From NCBI RefSeq assembly GCF_964188315.1, contig NC_135664.1, positions 48,918,001-48,982,000 on the forward strand: a stretch of DNA of 64,000 bases, in the 5' to 3' direction. The translations under genes and the position numbers were made by a program. Positions 25,133 to 38,600 of this stretch are shown here, piece after piece; the stretch's first letter is position 1, and every line of letters begins with the position of its first letter. The notes beneath the pieces are model-generated. The model saw only the letters and a list, made by a program, of their open reading frames with translations, was not told the origin of the DNA and did no database searches. This stretch comes from Podarcis muralis (Eukaryota).

Positions 25133-26584
25133 CTATAAATGAGAGAAGAGAGAGAGAAGGAGGGGAGGGGAGGGTTGAGAGAAGAAAGAACAGCGTGCAA
25201 AATAGTTTTTCACTGCAGAAGTCTGACGTGTGAAAAGGAAGTAAAGACCAGTTACACTTGGTTACTAAAATAGACTTGGGGCTTGTTCCAGTCATTTCGC
25301 TCCCATCTGAAGGGAACCCATACCGCTGGTTTGTTTTTAAAGTCAGCTGTCCATCAAGCGGCCAAAACATTTAGTAGTTTCCCCAGAAATTGTTTGCTGT
25401 GGATTCAGCCCTGGTAACTGCTGTACAATCTTTATCCTGGAGCAGTCATTAGGGGGAGGTTGCTGTGGTTATTCCCATTTTACAGATGAGTAGCATCTGC
25501 AGAGGGAGATTGAGACCACATTCACACCATACTTTTTAAGCACTTATAGCTTCAGCCAAAGAATTCTGGGAGCTAGAGTTTGTTGTGGGTGCCGAGAGTT
25601 GTTCGGAGACCCCCTATTCCCTTCACAGAGCTACAATTCCCAGAGCTCCCTTTAAGGAGATGACTGACGGTTAAACTATTTTTTTGTCCCTTTAGAGTAG
25701 CATTGTATCTGTGGGGTTTTGTCCTTCCAGACTATGGCTTCTATTTTTTTATTCTTCATTTTCTTTCTTTTTGTTGTGTTTGCACTTTTTTTTGTGGTAG
25801 CAAATCAATAAAAAATATAAAGCAAATCAAAAATATAATTGATTTGGTAGCAAGTCAATAAATTTTTTTAAGATACATTGCAAGCCAGAGACTGAATAGA
25901 GATGGTTGGTCACAACTCTTCTAGCAACAAGGCTGGGACTCTTTCCTGGGGCTGCATCCGTGATTATGATGAATGTGTGTTTTGGGAGGAAAGGTGTAGC
26001 CTTGGCCTTGGGGGAAGGGCCTTAGCCAGGGCCAGCCCAAGACATTTTGGCACCTGAAGTGACTACCAAATGCTGCCCCCACTCTGGCCAGAGAAGAAGG
26101 GGTGAGTGAAGGAACAAAGGGGGGAGAAAGATCTACATTGGGATCCGCTGCCCCCGTGGATCCTGCTGCCTGAAGTGGTTGCTTCACCTGGCCTCATGAG
26201 AGGACCTGCCCTGGCCATAGCTCAGCAGCAGAGCCCATGCTTTACATGCAAAAGGTCCTAGATTCAATTTCCACCATCTTCAGGTACAGTTGGAATAGAC
26301 TCATGTTTAAAATGCTATAGGGTCACTACCACGCAGCATCAACAATAATGAGCTACACAGACCAATGGTGGTCTGTCTTAGAATAAGGCATCTTCTAGAG
26401 TTTGGACCCTTCCCAGCAATAGTCATAATTCTGGCAATGCAGCCACTGCCAACCTGAAGACGATGTTGGACTACAGTTCATATCATCCCATTCCATTCAC
26501 CATGCAGGCTGGGGCTGATGGGAGTTGTAGTCTAACACCAGGTTGGGGAAGCCTTGGCCTAACTGCCCTTGGGGTGGTGCCCAC

Positions 26585-26667
26585 CTGGATGTCTGCCAGC
26601 AGCTCTTCCTTATGCTTTTTGATGGTCTGTAGCTCAGCTTCCTCGGTTTCATTTAAATCTGATGTGC
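26585..26667 (-). CDS. CYTH4: Cytohesin-4 exon 2 (coiled coil; TSDLNETEEAELQTIKKHKEELLADIQ)
   Basis: 83 nt, tttcag acceptor and GT donor, cytohesin coiled-coil similarity. Confidence 0.95.
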
Positions 26668-27004
26668 CTGAAAGAAAAATAATCTTTTTTTACTTCCACC
26701 TGAGGTTGCTCTGAATGTCAAGGATATGATCCAGAAGAGAACATGGCTGTTTTTTGACCTGCACATTTTCAAGCTGCTCATCTTCTGAACAACTCAGCAT
26801 ACAAGGTTCTCTTGGAAACACACAAACCCATTTTGTCCTCATAACTTCTCTATGGGGTAGAATCAGCAGTCGACCCAAGACCATTGAGTGAGCTTCACGC
26901 CTTAGTGGGGATTTCAACCCAGGTCTCACCACTCCTTGTCTGATACGGACATTTAGACCACCTACATTTTCTCAGAGCTGGTCCTTCAGGTGCTGTTTCC
27001 ACAA

Positions 27005-27387
27005 AAGGTAAAGGTAAAGGATCCCTGACAGTTAAGTCCAGTCGCAGACGACTCTGGGGTTGCGGCGCTCATCTCACTTTACAGGCCAAGGGAGCCGGTG
27101 TTTGTCTGCAGACAGTTTTTCCTGGTCATGTGGCCAGCATGACTAAGCCACTTCTGGTGCAACAGAACACCGAAAGCAGAGCAGCGCACGGAAACGCTCT
27201 TTACCTTCCTGCCGGAACGATACCTATTTATCTACTTGCACTAGCGTGCTTTCGAACTGCTAGGTTGGCAGGAGCAGGGACCGAGCAATGGGAGCTCACC
27301 CCGTTGTGGGGATTCGAACCGCCAACCTTCTGATCAGCAAGCCCAAGAGGCACAGTGGTTTGAACCACAGCACCACCCGCATGCCCC
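27005..27387 (-). mobile_element. Sauria SINE
   Basis: tRNA-like head with B box GGTTCGAATCC, (ACCTTT)n tail, near-identical flanks gctgtt(t/c)ccacaaa. Confidence 0.9.
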
Positions 27388-28647
27388 GCTGTTCCCACAA
27401 ACTGTTCCTTAAAGTCTTAAAAGCGGTTTGGGGACTTGAAAGTGTCCTGCGTTCTTAAACTATGGAGTTCGCTACACAAGACAGTGTGATGGTCATGAAC
27501 TTGGATAGCTTTAAAAGGGGGATTAGGCCAATCCATGGAGTATCAGGCAATCAGCATCTACAAACCATGATGGAAACATCCCTACCAGTATCAGAGGTGG
27601 TTGCTGGGGAACACAAGTGGGAAGAATGTATGGTGCTCATGTCCGGCTTGTAGACATCCCACAGGTATCTTGGTTGGTAATTGAGAAAACAGCATGCTGG
27701 ACTAGTTGGGTCTTTCGTTTGATCCAGCAGGGCCCATGTTATGGTTTATGAGGTAAATACAAGCCAAAAAGACTAAAAAAACACATAGGGATTGTTGCCC
27801 TAAAATTCTCCCCATGACCCTCTCTCCAAACTACTAGAAGTATCGCTCCCAAAATATTACCAAGTCCATAATTTCCTTCCAAAGCATCCTGGAGTGGGAA
27901 GAATCCAAATCAGATAAATATTTTGCTGAAATTAACAAACAATTACAAATTCACACCCAGTGCAAAAGCATTCCAGATCCTAACATTTACATTAGATCTT
28001 TGGTGGAAATGCCCCTTGACTGGGCTTGCATACCCTGACTCCCATTTTTAAGGAGTGGTGGCGGCAGCTAAGGTGTCTGGTGGTTTTTAAAGGGGCAGAG
28101 GAGGCCTTGCTATTTATCAACCAGTGGCTACATATAGATGTTACTCTAGGTTGTACGTAGTTCCTCTTTTATTCTTAGGAAACTGGGTGGGTGATGTCAG
28201 AGATGAGAAAACCACAGAATGATTCACTACAGACCAAAAAGAAGAAGAAGTAGCGGTCTGGGGGCCAGCAGCTCCATAGTTAAATAAAGATTACTCAGAG
28301 CACTCAGCAAGATTCTGACAATAAATGGGAAGCTGTTGCAGTAGCTGAAAATAAATGTCAGCAGCATCAAGATTCTCTTTCTCTGAAGGCTGCAGCGTTT
28401 GTAAAAACGGAACTGGGTATTCAGACTGGACTTTGAATTCAACAGTTTTCAGAAATCACAATATTTTCCTTGTGGGAATCAGGAATAGCTGCACCATTAG
28501 ACAGACTGAGGTACCCCTCTTTTCAGATGACAGATTTGGGGGTAACTGTTAAACTGCAGCAAATGCTAACTTCTTTAGATGATGATAGCAAAAAAAAAAA
28601 AGTATTATAAAAGGACTCCTCCAGGCAACTTATTTATTGAGCATGCA

Positions 28648-28694
<47 letters not shown>

Positions 28695-28696
28695 AT
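28648..28696. repeat. (TAAA)n microsatellite
   Basis: Perfect run. (TTTG)n at about 29084-29120 and (TTTA)n at about 20217-20255. Confidence 0.95.
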
Positions 28697-28697
28697 A

Positions 28698-29155
28698 GTC
28701 CAGTAGCACCTTAGAGACCAACTAAGTTTGTTCTGGGTATAAGCTTTCATGTGTATGCACAGTTCTTCAGATACACTGAAACAGAAGAGATATTAGATTC
28801 TTGTCTCATTACATATGCTAAAGCTATTTTTGGTCATCTGCATACTATCCCTTGCTTTTTCATGTATGACTAATTGCAGTCGTTAACAGTCGTCAACAGG
28901 TTTACCATGCCCACTGAGTCAATCACTCATCTCCCACCACCCTTCTGAGAAAAACCCCACCCCACCCTCCCACTAATATAAGGGTCTGGTGACTTCTGTT
29001 TCAGTGTATCTGAAGAAATGTGCGTGCACATAAAAGCTTATACCCAGAACTTATTTGGTCTCTAAGGTGCTACTGGACATACATTTGTTTGTTTGTTTGT
29101 TTGTTTGTTTGTTTGTTTGTTTCGACTGCGTCAGACCAACACAGCTACCTACCTG
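28698..29155. mobile_element. Penelope-like element remnant with inverted pseudo-LTR ends
   Basis: About 85-90 bp inverted arms (28698-28787 and 28993-29078), each containing a hammerhead-like core. Confidence 0.75.
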
Positions 29156-32100
29156 TATTTATTGAGCCTTTATCCTGACTTGCTTGCACAAAGCTTAGGC
29201 AAAAGTATTGTCTCCAGTCTTTAATGAGCATTTATTCCAGTTTGTTTGCAGGGTGGTTATGTGAGTTACTGTGCGTTGTGTATGCATCTTCCCATTCGTC
29301 TTTTGTTCATCCCTTGCTTTTCAATGCTGTCACTTTTCAAACAGCCAAAAGCTCACTTCTGTCTTAAAGTGGATTTGTTGCACTAGGGCAACAGAGCCCT
29401 TTAATTGTGCAAAACCTGATGTCCTGGTGTCCTCTTGAATCCCTCTGCAAAGCTCACCTCAATTTCATGACATTTTGGTTGGTCCTAACAAAGGTTTATG
29501 CCCAGCCTTCCATTTTGGAATTCCCCCGCCCCCCCCCCCTTATGGACTGACTTTGGCTCCTTATGCTTTTCACACATTGTGGTGGAATCTACACACATAT
29601 AAAAACCATTCTGAAAATGCTTTTTTTAAAAAAATAAAAATAAAAATACATTGAATTTTCCATAAATTCAATGGCCACCGCCATTTAGTGTCTCATTGTA
29701 TACTGCACTTAAAACACACTTAAAATGTTTCATTTGCAACTATATAGCTGAGTCCTGTGTTTTCTTTCCAAACACAGCCACTAGTCTGTGGTAAACCATT
29801 CTTTTATTTTTATCTTATTTTCTCATGTCTGGACAAAAAAGGGAAGTCCCACCCATTTTGTCCTGGAAACTCTTTATCTATGCTACAGTGCACATGCAAT
29901 ACCATTGCTAAATATATGGTCAGAAAAGGGGAAGCAATGACCTAGATTTTGAGGTGTAGAGGTAGGAACAAGGAGCCTAGTCATGCATGTCTCTTAGCAT
30001 GTGGGTTTGACCCACTCAAGTAAGGTCCCACCCTCATACATTCCTGGTTATTACAATTCGACTGCATTCGGGGGCCAGTCACACAACTATGTGCACAGTT
30101 TCCACTTTAACTAACACCATTGGTCACATTGTAGTGCGATAAACATAAGCTGAGTTTCAGTTGTGCTCTGGGGGTGAGGCCATCACATCACCTTTGCACT
30201 GCTGGGATGGACAGGAAGGAGGCATGTAGCCACCAGAAGTTCTTCATAGAGACCTTGAAGGATACAGCAGCTCTGTGTGGTTAACCCATCACAGGGAGGC
30301 ATGCAGCATTTCTGCAAAGTTAGATGCTCATCCTCAGATGAGCAAGGTGAATAATGAGAGCCAACATGTTTTCTTCAACCTGGTGCCTTCCAGAAGGAAT
30401 CCAGCTTCCATCATCCCTGACCATGGGCCATGCTTTGTGAAGGGTACCAGGTTAGGGGTTAGAGTATAAAACTAGAACTTGGGAGAATTTAAATCCCCAG
30501 TTATGTGTGAAATTAACTGTATGACCTTGGGCTAGTCACTATCTTTCAGATGAAAGGACCTCATGGGGCTGTTGTGAGGATAATATGAGGGGCTTATGCA
30601 GTGTTATTTTTCTAGGAAAAGAGGTGCCGGAACTCACCTGCACTAAATATTTTGTACAGCCTGATCCTATATTTGTTTGCTCAGCTTTTAGTCCCTCATA
30701 TTCAGTGGGGCTTACTTCTTAAAAAGAGAGCATAGGATGCAAAGTCCCACTGATTTCAATGGCACAGAGCCCCCACACTTGCTAGACAGAACAGAGGATT
30801 CATTCCTAGCATACAATCCAGGTTAAATGTGCATAAGTCCAAATGAAAGCAAAAGGACTTCAGTGATTAAATGGATGCCGAGGTCTTGTTAATTGCAAAA
30901 AGACTTCAGAAGTAAGTCCTACTGAGTTCAGTGGGGTTCAGGTCCAGTGGTGAGCGGGTATAGGATTGCTGTCCCAAACATTATTCTAGGACAGAGGTGG
31001 GGAACTACGACCTACCAGTTGTTGCCAAACTACAGCTCCCATCATCCTTTACAACTGGCAGTGTTGGCTGGGGCTGATGGGAGTTGGAGTCCAAAAACAC
31101 ATAGAGGACCACAGGTTTCCTATTACTGTTATAAGCACTTAACTTGGAACTGCCATCATCCCTGACCACAGATTCCTCACTCCTGCTCTAGGGCACAAGG
31201 GAAACTATTCATGGAACTGGCAAAGCCAAATTGTACCAGCCTCTGGATTCTAGATGTGAAATAGAAATGTAAAGAACATAGGAAGCTGCCTTATACCAAG
31301 TCCACCTAGCTCAATGCTGTCTGCACCAACTGGCATCCCTCCAGGGTTTCAGACAAGAATGATCCGGCAGACTACTAAAGCACCTGAAAGCAGGAAAAAG
31401 AGGCAGCAGTGTAGATGGTCAAAACTGGATAAATAGAAGATGGAACATTGCATCAGTACCTTGATGTGCCCAAGTTGGTGGGATTTTCCACAGCCAATGC
31501 AAGAAGAAACATTTAAGAAGCTGGCTGTGGCTGAGTATTTTTCCACCTTTCGAAATCTCCCTTGTGTTTTGTCAAAGTGCCCTTGGACACAGAACGTGCC
31601 CTGATGGGTACTTTCAACTTCCTACTTCAGAGATATTCTTTCTGCAAATTCCTCTTTGAGAGGCGTTCTGCAGAGCCGTCTGCTCAGTGAGGGTAAGTGG
31701 CATGTTTCTGAAGATATCCAGAGCACCAAGCTTTTCACAGATGGCATTTTGATCTGAGGAGACCAGAACCAGAGGCTGTAGGAAGCTCTGGAAACATTCA
31801 AAGTCATGGGGCTGAAATTAAATAAAGTTCTCAAATGAGAGCCCAAGAGATAGCAATTAAAAGATCAAGATAACCAAGCTGCTCCTGGGAGGCCTGAGGC
31901 TTGTTCCAGCGGATGAAGGCGTTTCAGGATTCTTTGAACTGGTGAACTTCCGAAGGAAATTGATTCCAAATACAGCAGCTCAATGTTGCTATGCAGAGGC
32001 TGCAATCCTATACAGCAGGGTAGAAACCCCATAGATCTCCAGTTGTGGTTAAACCGTGCCTTCCATCAACCCTGGGGAGGTGGATTGAGACACTTCAAGC

Positions 32101-32330
32101 AGCAGCAGTAGTGCTGGGTAGGGGTCCAGGTTGGCACTAGCCAAGGACCTCTCAGTAGCATCATGGTGGGGGCTCACTGGTGTGTGGCATATACAAGAAC
32201 AAAAGGAGAATCTTTGTGGATCAACCCCCAAGTCCATCTGATTTAACATCCTGCTTCCAACAGTGACCAAAAACCATGCTTGCTTGGACTTAGCTGTGGT
32301 GGAGTCCCACAATATTTGTACCATTGCTCT

Positions 32331-32472
32331 GCAGTAGCTCAGTTGGTAGAGACTGAGACCCTTCATCTCAGGGTGAGGGTTTCAAGCCCCATCTTGGGCA
32401 AAAGATTCCTGCATTGCAGGGGGTTGGACTAGACAATTCTTGTGGTCCCTTCCAACTCTATGATTCTATGAT
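32331..32472 (+). mobile_element. tRNA-derived SINE with CR1-like 3' tail
   Basis: A box tagctcagttggtag, tail ccaactctatgattctatgat. Confidence 0.7.
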
Positions 32473-33886
32473 ACACCAAGGAGTCAAACCTGTTTTTCAT
32501 TTAATAGGAAATGAAGCTCAGGAGCAATTATGTGGAATACCTGGTCATCTCCATATATTCCACAGACCAACCAGGGTATCAACAGTCATGCTAACTTTTA
32601 ACTCGAGAATGGTACTCATGAAACCATCAAGGTGCATCAACCTGAAGGGGAGGATAGTTTAGCCATGTGTCCTACCATGTAGAGGACAAACTTCTATCTG
32701 AAGGTCTACCTGGTTTCCATAGCCAAGTTTAGAGACAAAGAACCCTATGAATGAAAAACAGGGGCCATGAAGTTGCACATCAACAGTTAGCACCCGGACA
32801 ACAGACTGAGCAGGCTGACACACAGGTCATTCAATCACAGTCCTCCTCACTATGGTGGGATGTATTGTATTTCTATTTATATCACGACACTTGTTTCTAA
32901 ATTTGTAGCTATATACATATTAGCACATGCACATTCTATGCAAATCTGCATCCACTTTTGGCACAACTTCTGCCCTGGGGGTAGATTATCTCAACTGGTC
33001 CACCGCCCTTGAGGAGAAAGAGTGACTTGACCATTTAAAATATGTTAATAAAAATTCCCCACCCTCCTGAGACCTCAGTCTTCCTGCCCAGTTGAAAATA
33101 AACACATATTTTCCATTTAACCACCATGGTTAGCAGCTGTTCAGATACATATTCTTCATGAAGTCACCTAACTCCCTTTTAAAGCCTTGGAAGCTAGTAG
33201 TCACCACAATTCCTGGCAATGAATTGCATAAATTAGTTAGGTGTTGCATGAAGAACTACCTTTGTTTTTTAATCTATCCTGAATCAACTAGCAATCAATC
33301 TCATGAGAGACTCCAAGTTCAGGGTTATGAATGAGGATGAATAAAGCTGCAATTTTAAATACACTTACCTTGCAGTAAATCCCATTGTATCCACTGGAAT
33401 TTACCTCTGGGTAGACATGCCTAGGACTGCACTGCTAACCCCCCCTTTTCCACTCTCTCTGCACTTCTGTAGCTGGCAGTTTTCTAAATGGCTCTGGACA
33501 CCAACTGTTTACACAAACATCCTCTTGATTTCCTGCTCTGAGTCACCTGATTTAATTACCGTATTTTAATGGGTTTGTTTTATTGAATATTTTAATTACG
33601 GTTGTTTACATCTTAATGGGATTCTTTTATTGTGCATTTTAATTATGGTGTATTATTAATTATAATGTGTTCTAACCATGTTGCATGATCAGGGTTTATT
33701 CCTGTTTTATAAAACACATTAGAAGCCTGTTTTGATACTAAGTGGCACATAAATAATGAACCATCACCACAACCACTGGAACAATGCAATATGCTTTAAC
33801 CTTACCCCAATCAGGGTGTCCCAATTGGGGGGGGGGGGCAGATGTGAAAGTAGGCAGGTTTCTTGCATCTTTAATAGTTGTGTAGA

Positions 33887-34237
33887 GGAACGCGGGTGGC
33901 GCTGTGGGTTAAACCACAGAGCCCAGGGCTTGCCGATCAGAAGGTCGGCGGTTCGAATCCCCGCGATGGAGTGAGCCCCGTTGCTCGCTCCCTGCTCCTG
34001 CCAACCTAGCAGTTCGAAAGCATGAAGTGCAAGTAGATAAATAGGTACAGCTCTGGTGGGAAGGTAAACGACATTTCCGTGCGCTGCTCTGGTTCACCAG
34101 AAGTGGCTTAGTCATGCTGGCCTCATGACCTGGAAGCTGTACGCCGGCTCCCTTGGTCAATAAAGTGAGATGAGCACCGCAACCCCAGAGTCGATCACGA
34201 CTGGACCTAATGGTCAGGGGTCCCTTTACCTTTACCT
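33887..34237 (+). mobile_element. Sauria SINE
   Basis: Full head with A and B boxes, ACCTTT tail. Confidence 0.9.
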
Positions 34238-37200
34238 AGATGGACTAGGGGCCCACCAGCTCTATACTTGTAAAGTGGTATCATACCATTCTAAGCTTCT
34301 TCCCCAAAGAATTCTGGGGATTGTTGCTTGCTAAGGATGCTGAGAGCTTCCAGGAGACCTCTTTCCCCTTCACAGAGCTGCAATCCCAGAGTTCCCTTTG
34401 AAAGAGAGATTGATAGTTGAACCATGTGGAAAGGCACAGGTACATTACTCTAGTCTAACTAAGTTTAATGTATCCCTTTTCATTTATTGATGATACTTTC
34501 GAAGGCAACTTATGGACCTAGATCTTGGTCAGATAGTGGATAAAGTGACAATTTTTTAAAATCAAATTTCTTATAACAAAATCCAGAGGGCGGGGGAGAG
34601 AGAAGGAGTCAGAGGAGTCTCCCAAGATTCATCTTCCTTGAAAAACAAGACTTGGCTTCCCACTCTTTTAGTTGGGAACCAGTAATTGGCCAGTTCCTGA
34701 TTTCCTCTTCTAACATGGAGCTTCCAAGGGTCTTCTTAGATTTGGAGGGAAGTGGGTGGCAGCTTTTCTGTTACCCAGACCTAAGACAGCATCCCATTTG
34801 GAAGCCACTATGACTACCCTATGTACAGCCAAAGCGAACATGGGGCCTTGGGAGGGGAAGGGATCACAGTTGGCCTACTTCCACAAGGAGACAAATCTCC
34901 CCCCATCCATCCATCTAGCTGTGGTTAGCTATAGATGCTTTGGGGTGGTTGGGAAGAGGGGAAAGTAGGCACATGTTCCTTGCTCATTTTTCAGAAGGCC
35001 CTGAGGAGCTTGTCATGGACCCTTGTCTCGTGAACTTTCTCCACTTCCAACATTCCAGCCCGTTAGGATACAATTTATTTGTGATATGTGATAACAAAGG
35101 CAGATGTCAACTCTCTGCCTGGTCCACGTCCAAGAGGTAGGAATCTAAAACAGAAGCCAAGCTAAATGTTTATGTATCCCTGACAGAATGATGGGTAGTG
35201 AATTGTAGAAATAAATTTTATATATTGAGAGAGCACCTTTCCCAAACTCTGACAGGTGGAGGCTAGTCCATTAGGGCAAATGGGGCGCTGCCCCACCAAC
35301 CTTGATCTGCCCTCATGCCAACTGCTAGTCCAAGGGATGGTACGTCCTGTCAGCATTCTCCTCCTTAGGCCTCAGTGTTGCCTTAGTAGGGGGAAGGATG
35401 GAGCACAAAACTAGAATTAGTTGGCTCTGTCTGTCATTGGCTTTGGCTTCACCTACTCTCACTCCCAAACCTCCCAACTTTTCCCAGTGCAAAACTGAGA
35501 CATGTGTATTCTGGGACACAGTCCTGTGTGAGTCACTTGACCTGCACCTCACTGTTGCCCTGAAAAAGAGTTTATTTGGGGATGAGATCTCATGTGCCCC
35601 TGAAAAAACTCTTTTGGGTGGGAGCAAGAGGAGCACCGAAAATGGCCGTCAAGATTATGGGCTCCTTCCTTCTGCCCTACTAGGCCCAATGGGCACCAGC
35701 CATCTCAGTGCCTAAGAGTTGCCACAGTTTGAAGACCCACATGTGTTTATTTCCCTTGCCTACACCCCACAAGAGGTTTTTGTTTGTGTTCCACCTTAAG
35801 TGATAAATTCCTCATTGCCTAAGACGCTCCCGTAAAACTTAATAGTCTTCAAGAAAAAAACACTTAAAATAAATCAACAGTCAATAAAAACAGACTAACG
35901 TCACAAAATCTAAATAACAACATGCTCTAAGAATTTATCACCTGGATAAAAAGGTAGCTAAAAGCACACCTACATGTTTTTGAAACAATGATAAGGTACA
36001 GCTGACATATGCCGAAAGAGCTGGGTTCACCATGGAGAGGCTCTGAGCCCCCTGGAGAGAGTTAAAACATGGCGACTGAGGTGGGATGCCACCAGCCCAG
36101 TGGCTTCCTTCACCCTCACCACTGCCCCACTCTGCCTCTCTGGGCTCTGGCAACTGGTGGGGCTGCCACAGCTGGGAGAGAAGCAGAGTGTCCCCTCAGC
36201 TTACATGCCACAATTGCAGAAAGTTTTCAAGTAAAATAATTAATAGGAAAGCAGATTCGGTTGGATCCAGTACTACTCAGAACAGATCCATTGAAATTAA
36301 TGAACATGAGAAACTTAGGTCTATTATTTTCAATAGGTCTACTCCTGAGTTGGACTAACTTTTTTTTTTTTTTGTAAACTATTTTGAGGATTTTTTCTTT
36401 CAGTCAAGGAGTATAAATTTTAATAAATAAATAGATACAATCCAACAGGTCTATGGTGAGTAGGGATTGAGGGGAAATTTGATCCAATATTCATTTAAAA
36501 CCTAATCTATCAAATCTGCACTTTCTGAAGCAACACGTGAACCATAGCGCAGCTATCCTTCTGAATGCACACTTATCTGAAGTTTGCAAGGCAGCTCTCC
36601 AACCAAACGAGGTTTGCAAAAATGCACATTTTGGGGGAACATGTGGATGACAAGGAATAAATTAGTCAAAACAACATACAAAATGCATTATATGAGAGGA
36701 AAATGCTTGCATATAAAATGTGTTTAAGAGAAATCTTGCTGGTGGATTTTTGTGAGGATTCTTTTTCCTTTTTTTCTTTTCTTTTTTTTTTTTTTTTTTT
36801 TTTGCAAATTGCTGCAAAAATGGAGAACTGAATTTAAGTCTGGGAAAATGAGAAACTGAGAAAACTGAAATGGGCAGAGGCTTCCTAGCTGAATACAACC
36901 CCTACTTCAGATGGTATCCAACTAAGTTTTACTCAGATTAGACACACTAAAATTAATGGACCTAACATAACCATGTTTATTTATTTCAACGGGTCTACTC
37001 TGAGTAACCCTTACTTGAATACCACCCTTCATTTCCTGCCTTCAGCAAACCCTTTCTGCCCTATACACTTGACTGTCCCAAATTTTCCTATTGTTTCTCA
37101 GATGCAATGGAGGATACAATGGAGAATGCAATGGAAGTCTCAAAACTCCCATGTAAAGACCATTGACACAAACAGCATTTTCACACATAGGGATCCACAA

Positions 37201-38290
37201 TTGGGGAGCAATGGAACAGTCCCCACCCCACCCCAGATAAATCATGAAACCCAGATTCCCAACATTAGTTGTGTGTGGTTTTTTAATTAAAATAAGTTTT
37301 TACCAATTGTAGAACCTGAGGTTTGAGGCAAAACGTACAGGCAATATTAGCCACACACCCTTCCCTGGAAAACTAACCTGATCGCTCCTTTCAGTGTTTT
37401 TCTTCTGCCTCCCCAGGAAAAATCCTGCGGGCACCTCTGCTTGCCCAGTTTGGATCGCCCCTTCTTCCAATCTTTCCCCTTAACCGAACGTACTTCTCTA
37501 GGTCATTTGGCACACATCCTTTCCCTTCACCCCCAAGGTGCTGGGTCTGCTGAACCCAATCTGAAAGTTATGCAGAAAGGTCAGCAAACTGGGGAAGCTC
37601 ATCCACGATCTGAGCCAGAATAGGTGTACTTGTAAGCACACTTCAAAGAATATGAAAGCTTTCCTCTGGATGGCATAAAATAAAAAGCACAGGGTGAAAT
37701 CTGGCTGTCTCCCAACAACATCTTTGTGGACCAACAACACTGGAATGCTGAGATATAGGAGAAGGTGGACACCCTTCCTATTCCATATCCAGAAACCAAG
37801 GAAACTGGTGGCACTTGAATCTTGAGTCAACACTGGCCACAGGGCAGCAACCTCCACTGCACCTCCACAGGCTAGTTTAGGAGCACACCAGACAGGCTGT
37901 GTGGCACAGGTAGCTCTTGCTGCCACTCCCAGCCTCTCAGCATCCACTGCCTGAAGCAGCCACCTCCTTCTCCCTAATGGTACAGCCGGCCCTGGTATCC
38001 CTCCATTCACACATAGCCGTAAAGCATCAAACACAGAAAGGACACATGAGCCAGACCTCTTTCAGTCACAGGTGGCTTTGGGAGGGTGGAAGTAAAAGAA
38101 ATAAATCATTCAGACCAGACTGGCAAACCTCAACTTCTTGCCCAAGAGATCCCTGTTGTCTCATTTCTTTTCAATAACTGGTTTAGGCTGGCGGTGATCC
38201 TATGAGGCAGACCCTTCTGGATCCCCACAGCATGTATAACTTGGAGGCAGAATAAAGATATGGCCCCCATTTTCTAAAGAGTTGACTTAC

Positions 38291-38309
38291 TGGTGGGACG
38301 TGCATCCAT
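38291..38309 (-). CDS. CYTH4: Cytohesin-4 coding exon 1 (MDARPT+S)
   Basis: ATG in strong Kozak context (cagaATGG), 19 nt, then a perfect GTAAGT donor. Phase 1 matches exon 2, and 19 nt is the size of human CYTH4 coding exon 1. Confidence 0.88.
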
Positions 38310-38600
38310 TCTGAAGCCGGGCTGAGAAGACAATCCTCCCAACTCTGATACAGCTGTGTGGGTTTCTCTTCCCTTTGTGCTTCTTTGGAATTAAAGTGAC
38401 TACAGAGGAACAGTAACTAAAATGTAGGGAGCAGCCCAGGAGGACTGCACTCATCTGTGACTCCACCCCTTTCTTTCTCTCTGGTTCCTCCTCCTTGTGG
38501 GTTCAGATTGACAGAGGAAGCCATGTGGTCCTGGTTCAGAAACGAGTGCAAATGCTCTTTGGTTGTTTCCTGAAAGAAAAGCCACAGTGTTGCTGCTATG
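38310..38600 (-). promoter_or_regulatory. CYTH4 main promoter / 5'UTR with ETS and RUNX motifs
   Basis: AGAGGAAG (38513-38520) beside TGTGGT (38524-38529); TTTCCTG (38566-38572) beside GCCACA (38581-38586). Confidence 0.55.

Noticed and set aside
27861-27869. ATG GAC TTG|gtaata (MDL, like the human CYTH4 start) as exon 1
   Set aside because: Phase 0 cannot join the phase-1 exon 2 in frame. The 38291-38309 exon has the right size, phase, Kozak context and donor.
28227-28277. Signal-peptide-like MELLAPRPLLLLLFGL on the minus strand
   Set aside because: Stops after 16 codons, has no good in-phase donor, and the Leu run comes from a (CTT)n repeat.
37498-38034. 178-aa minus-strand ORF in CYTH4 intron 1 with a nearby CAG|GTTAGT donor at about 37378
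   Set aside because: No recognisable domain, and the frame compatible with exon 2 has a stop just before the donor.
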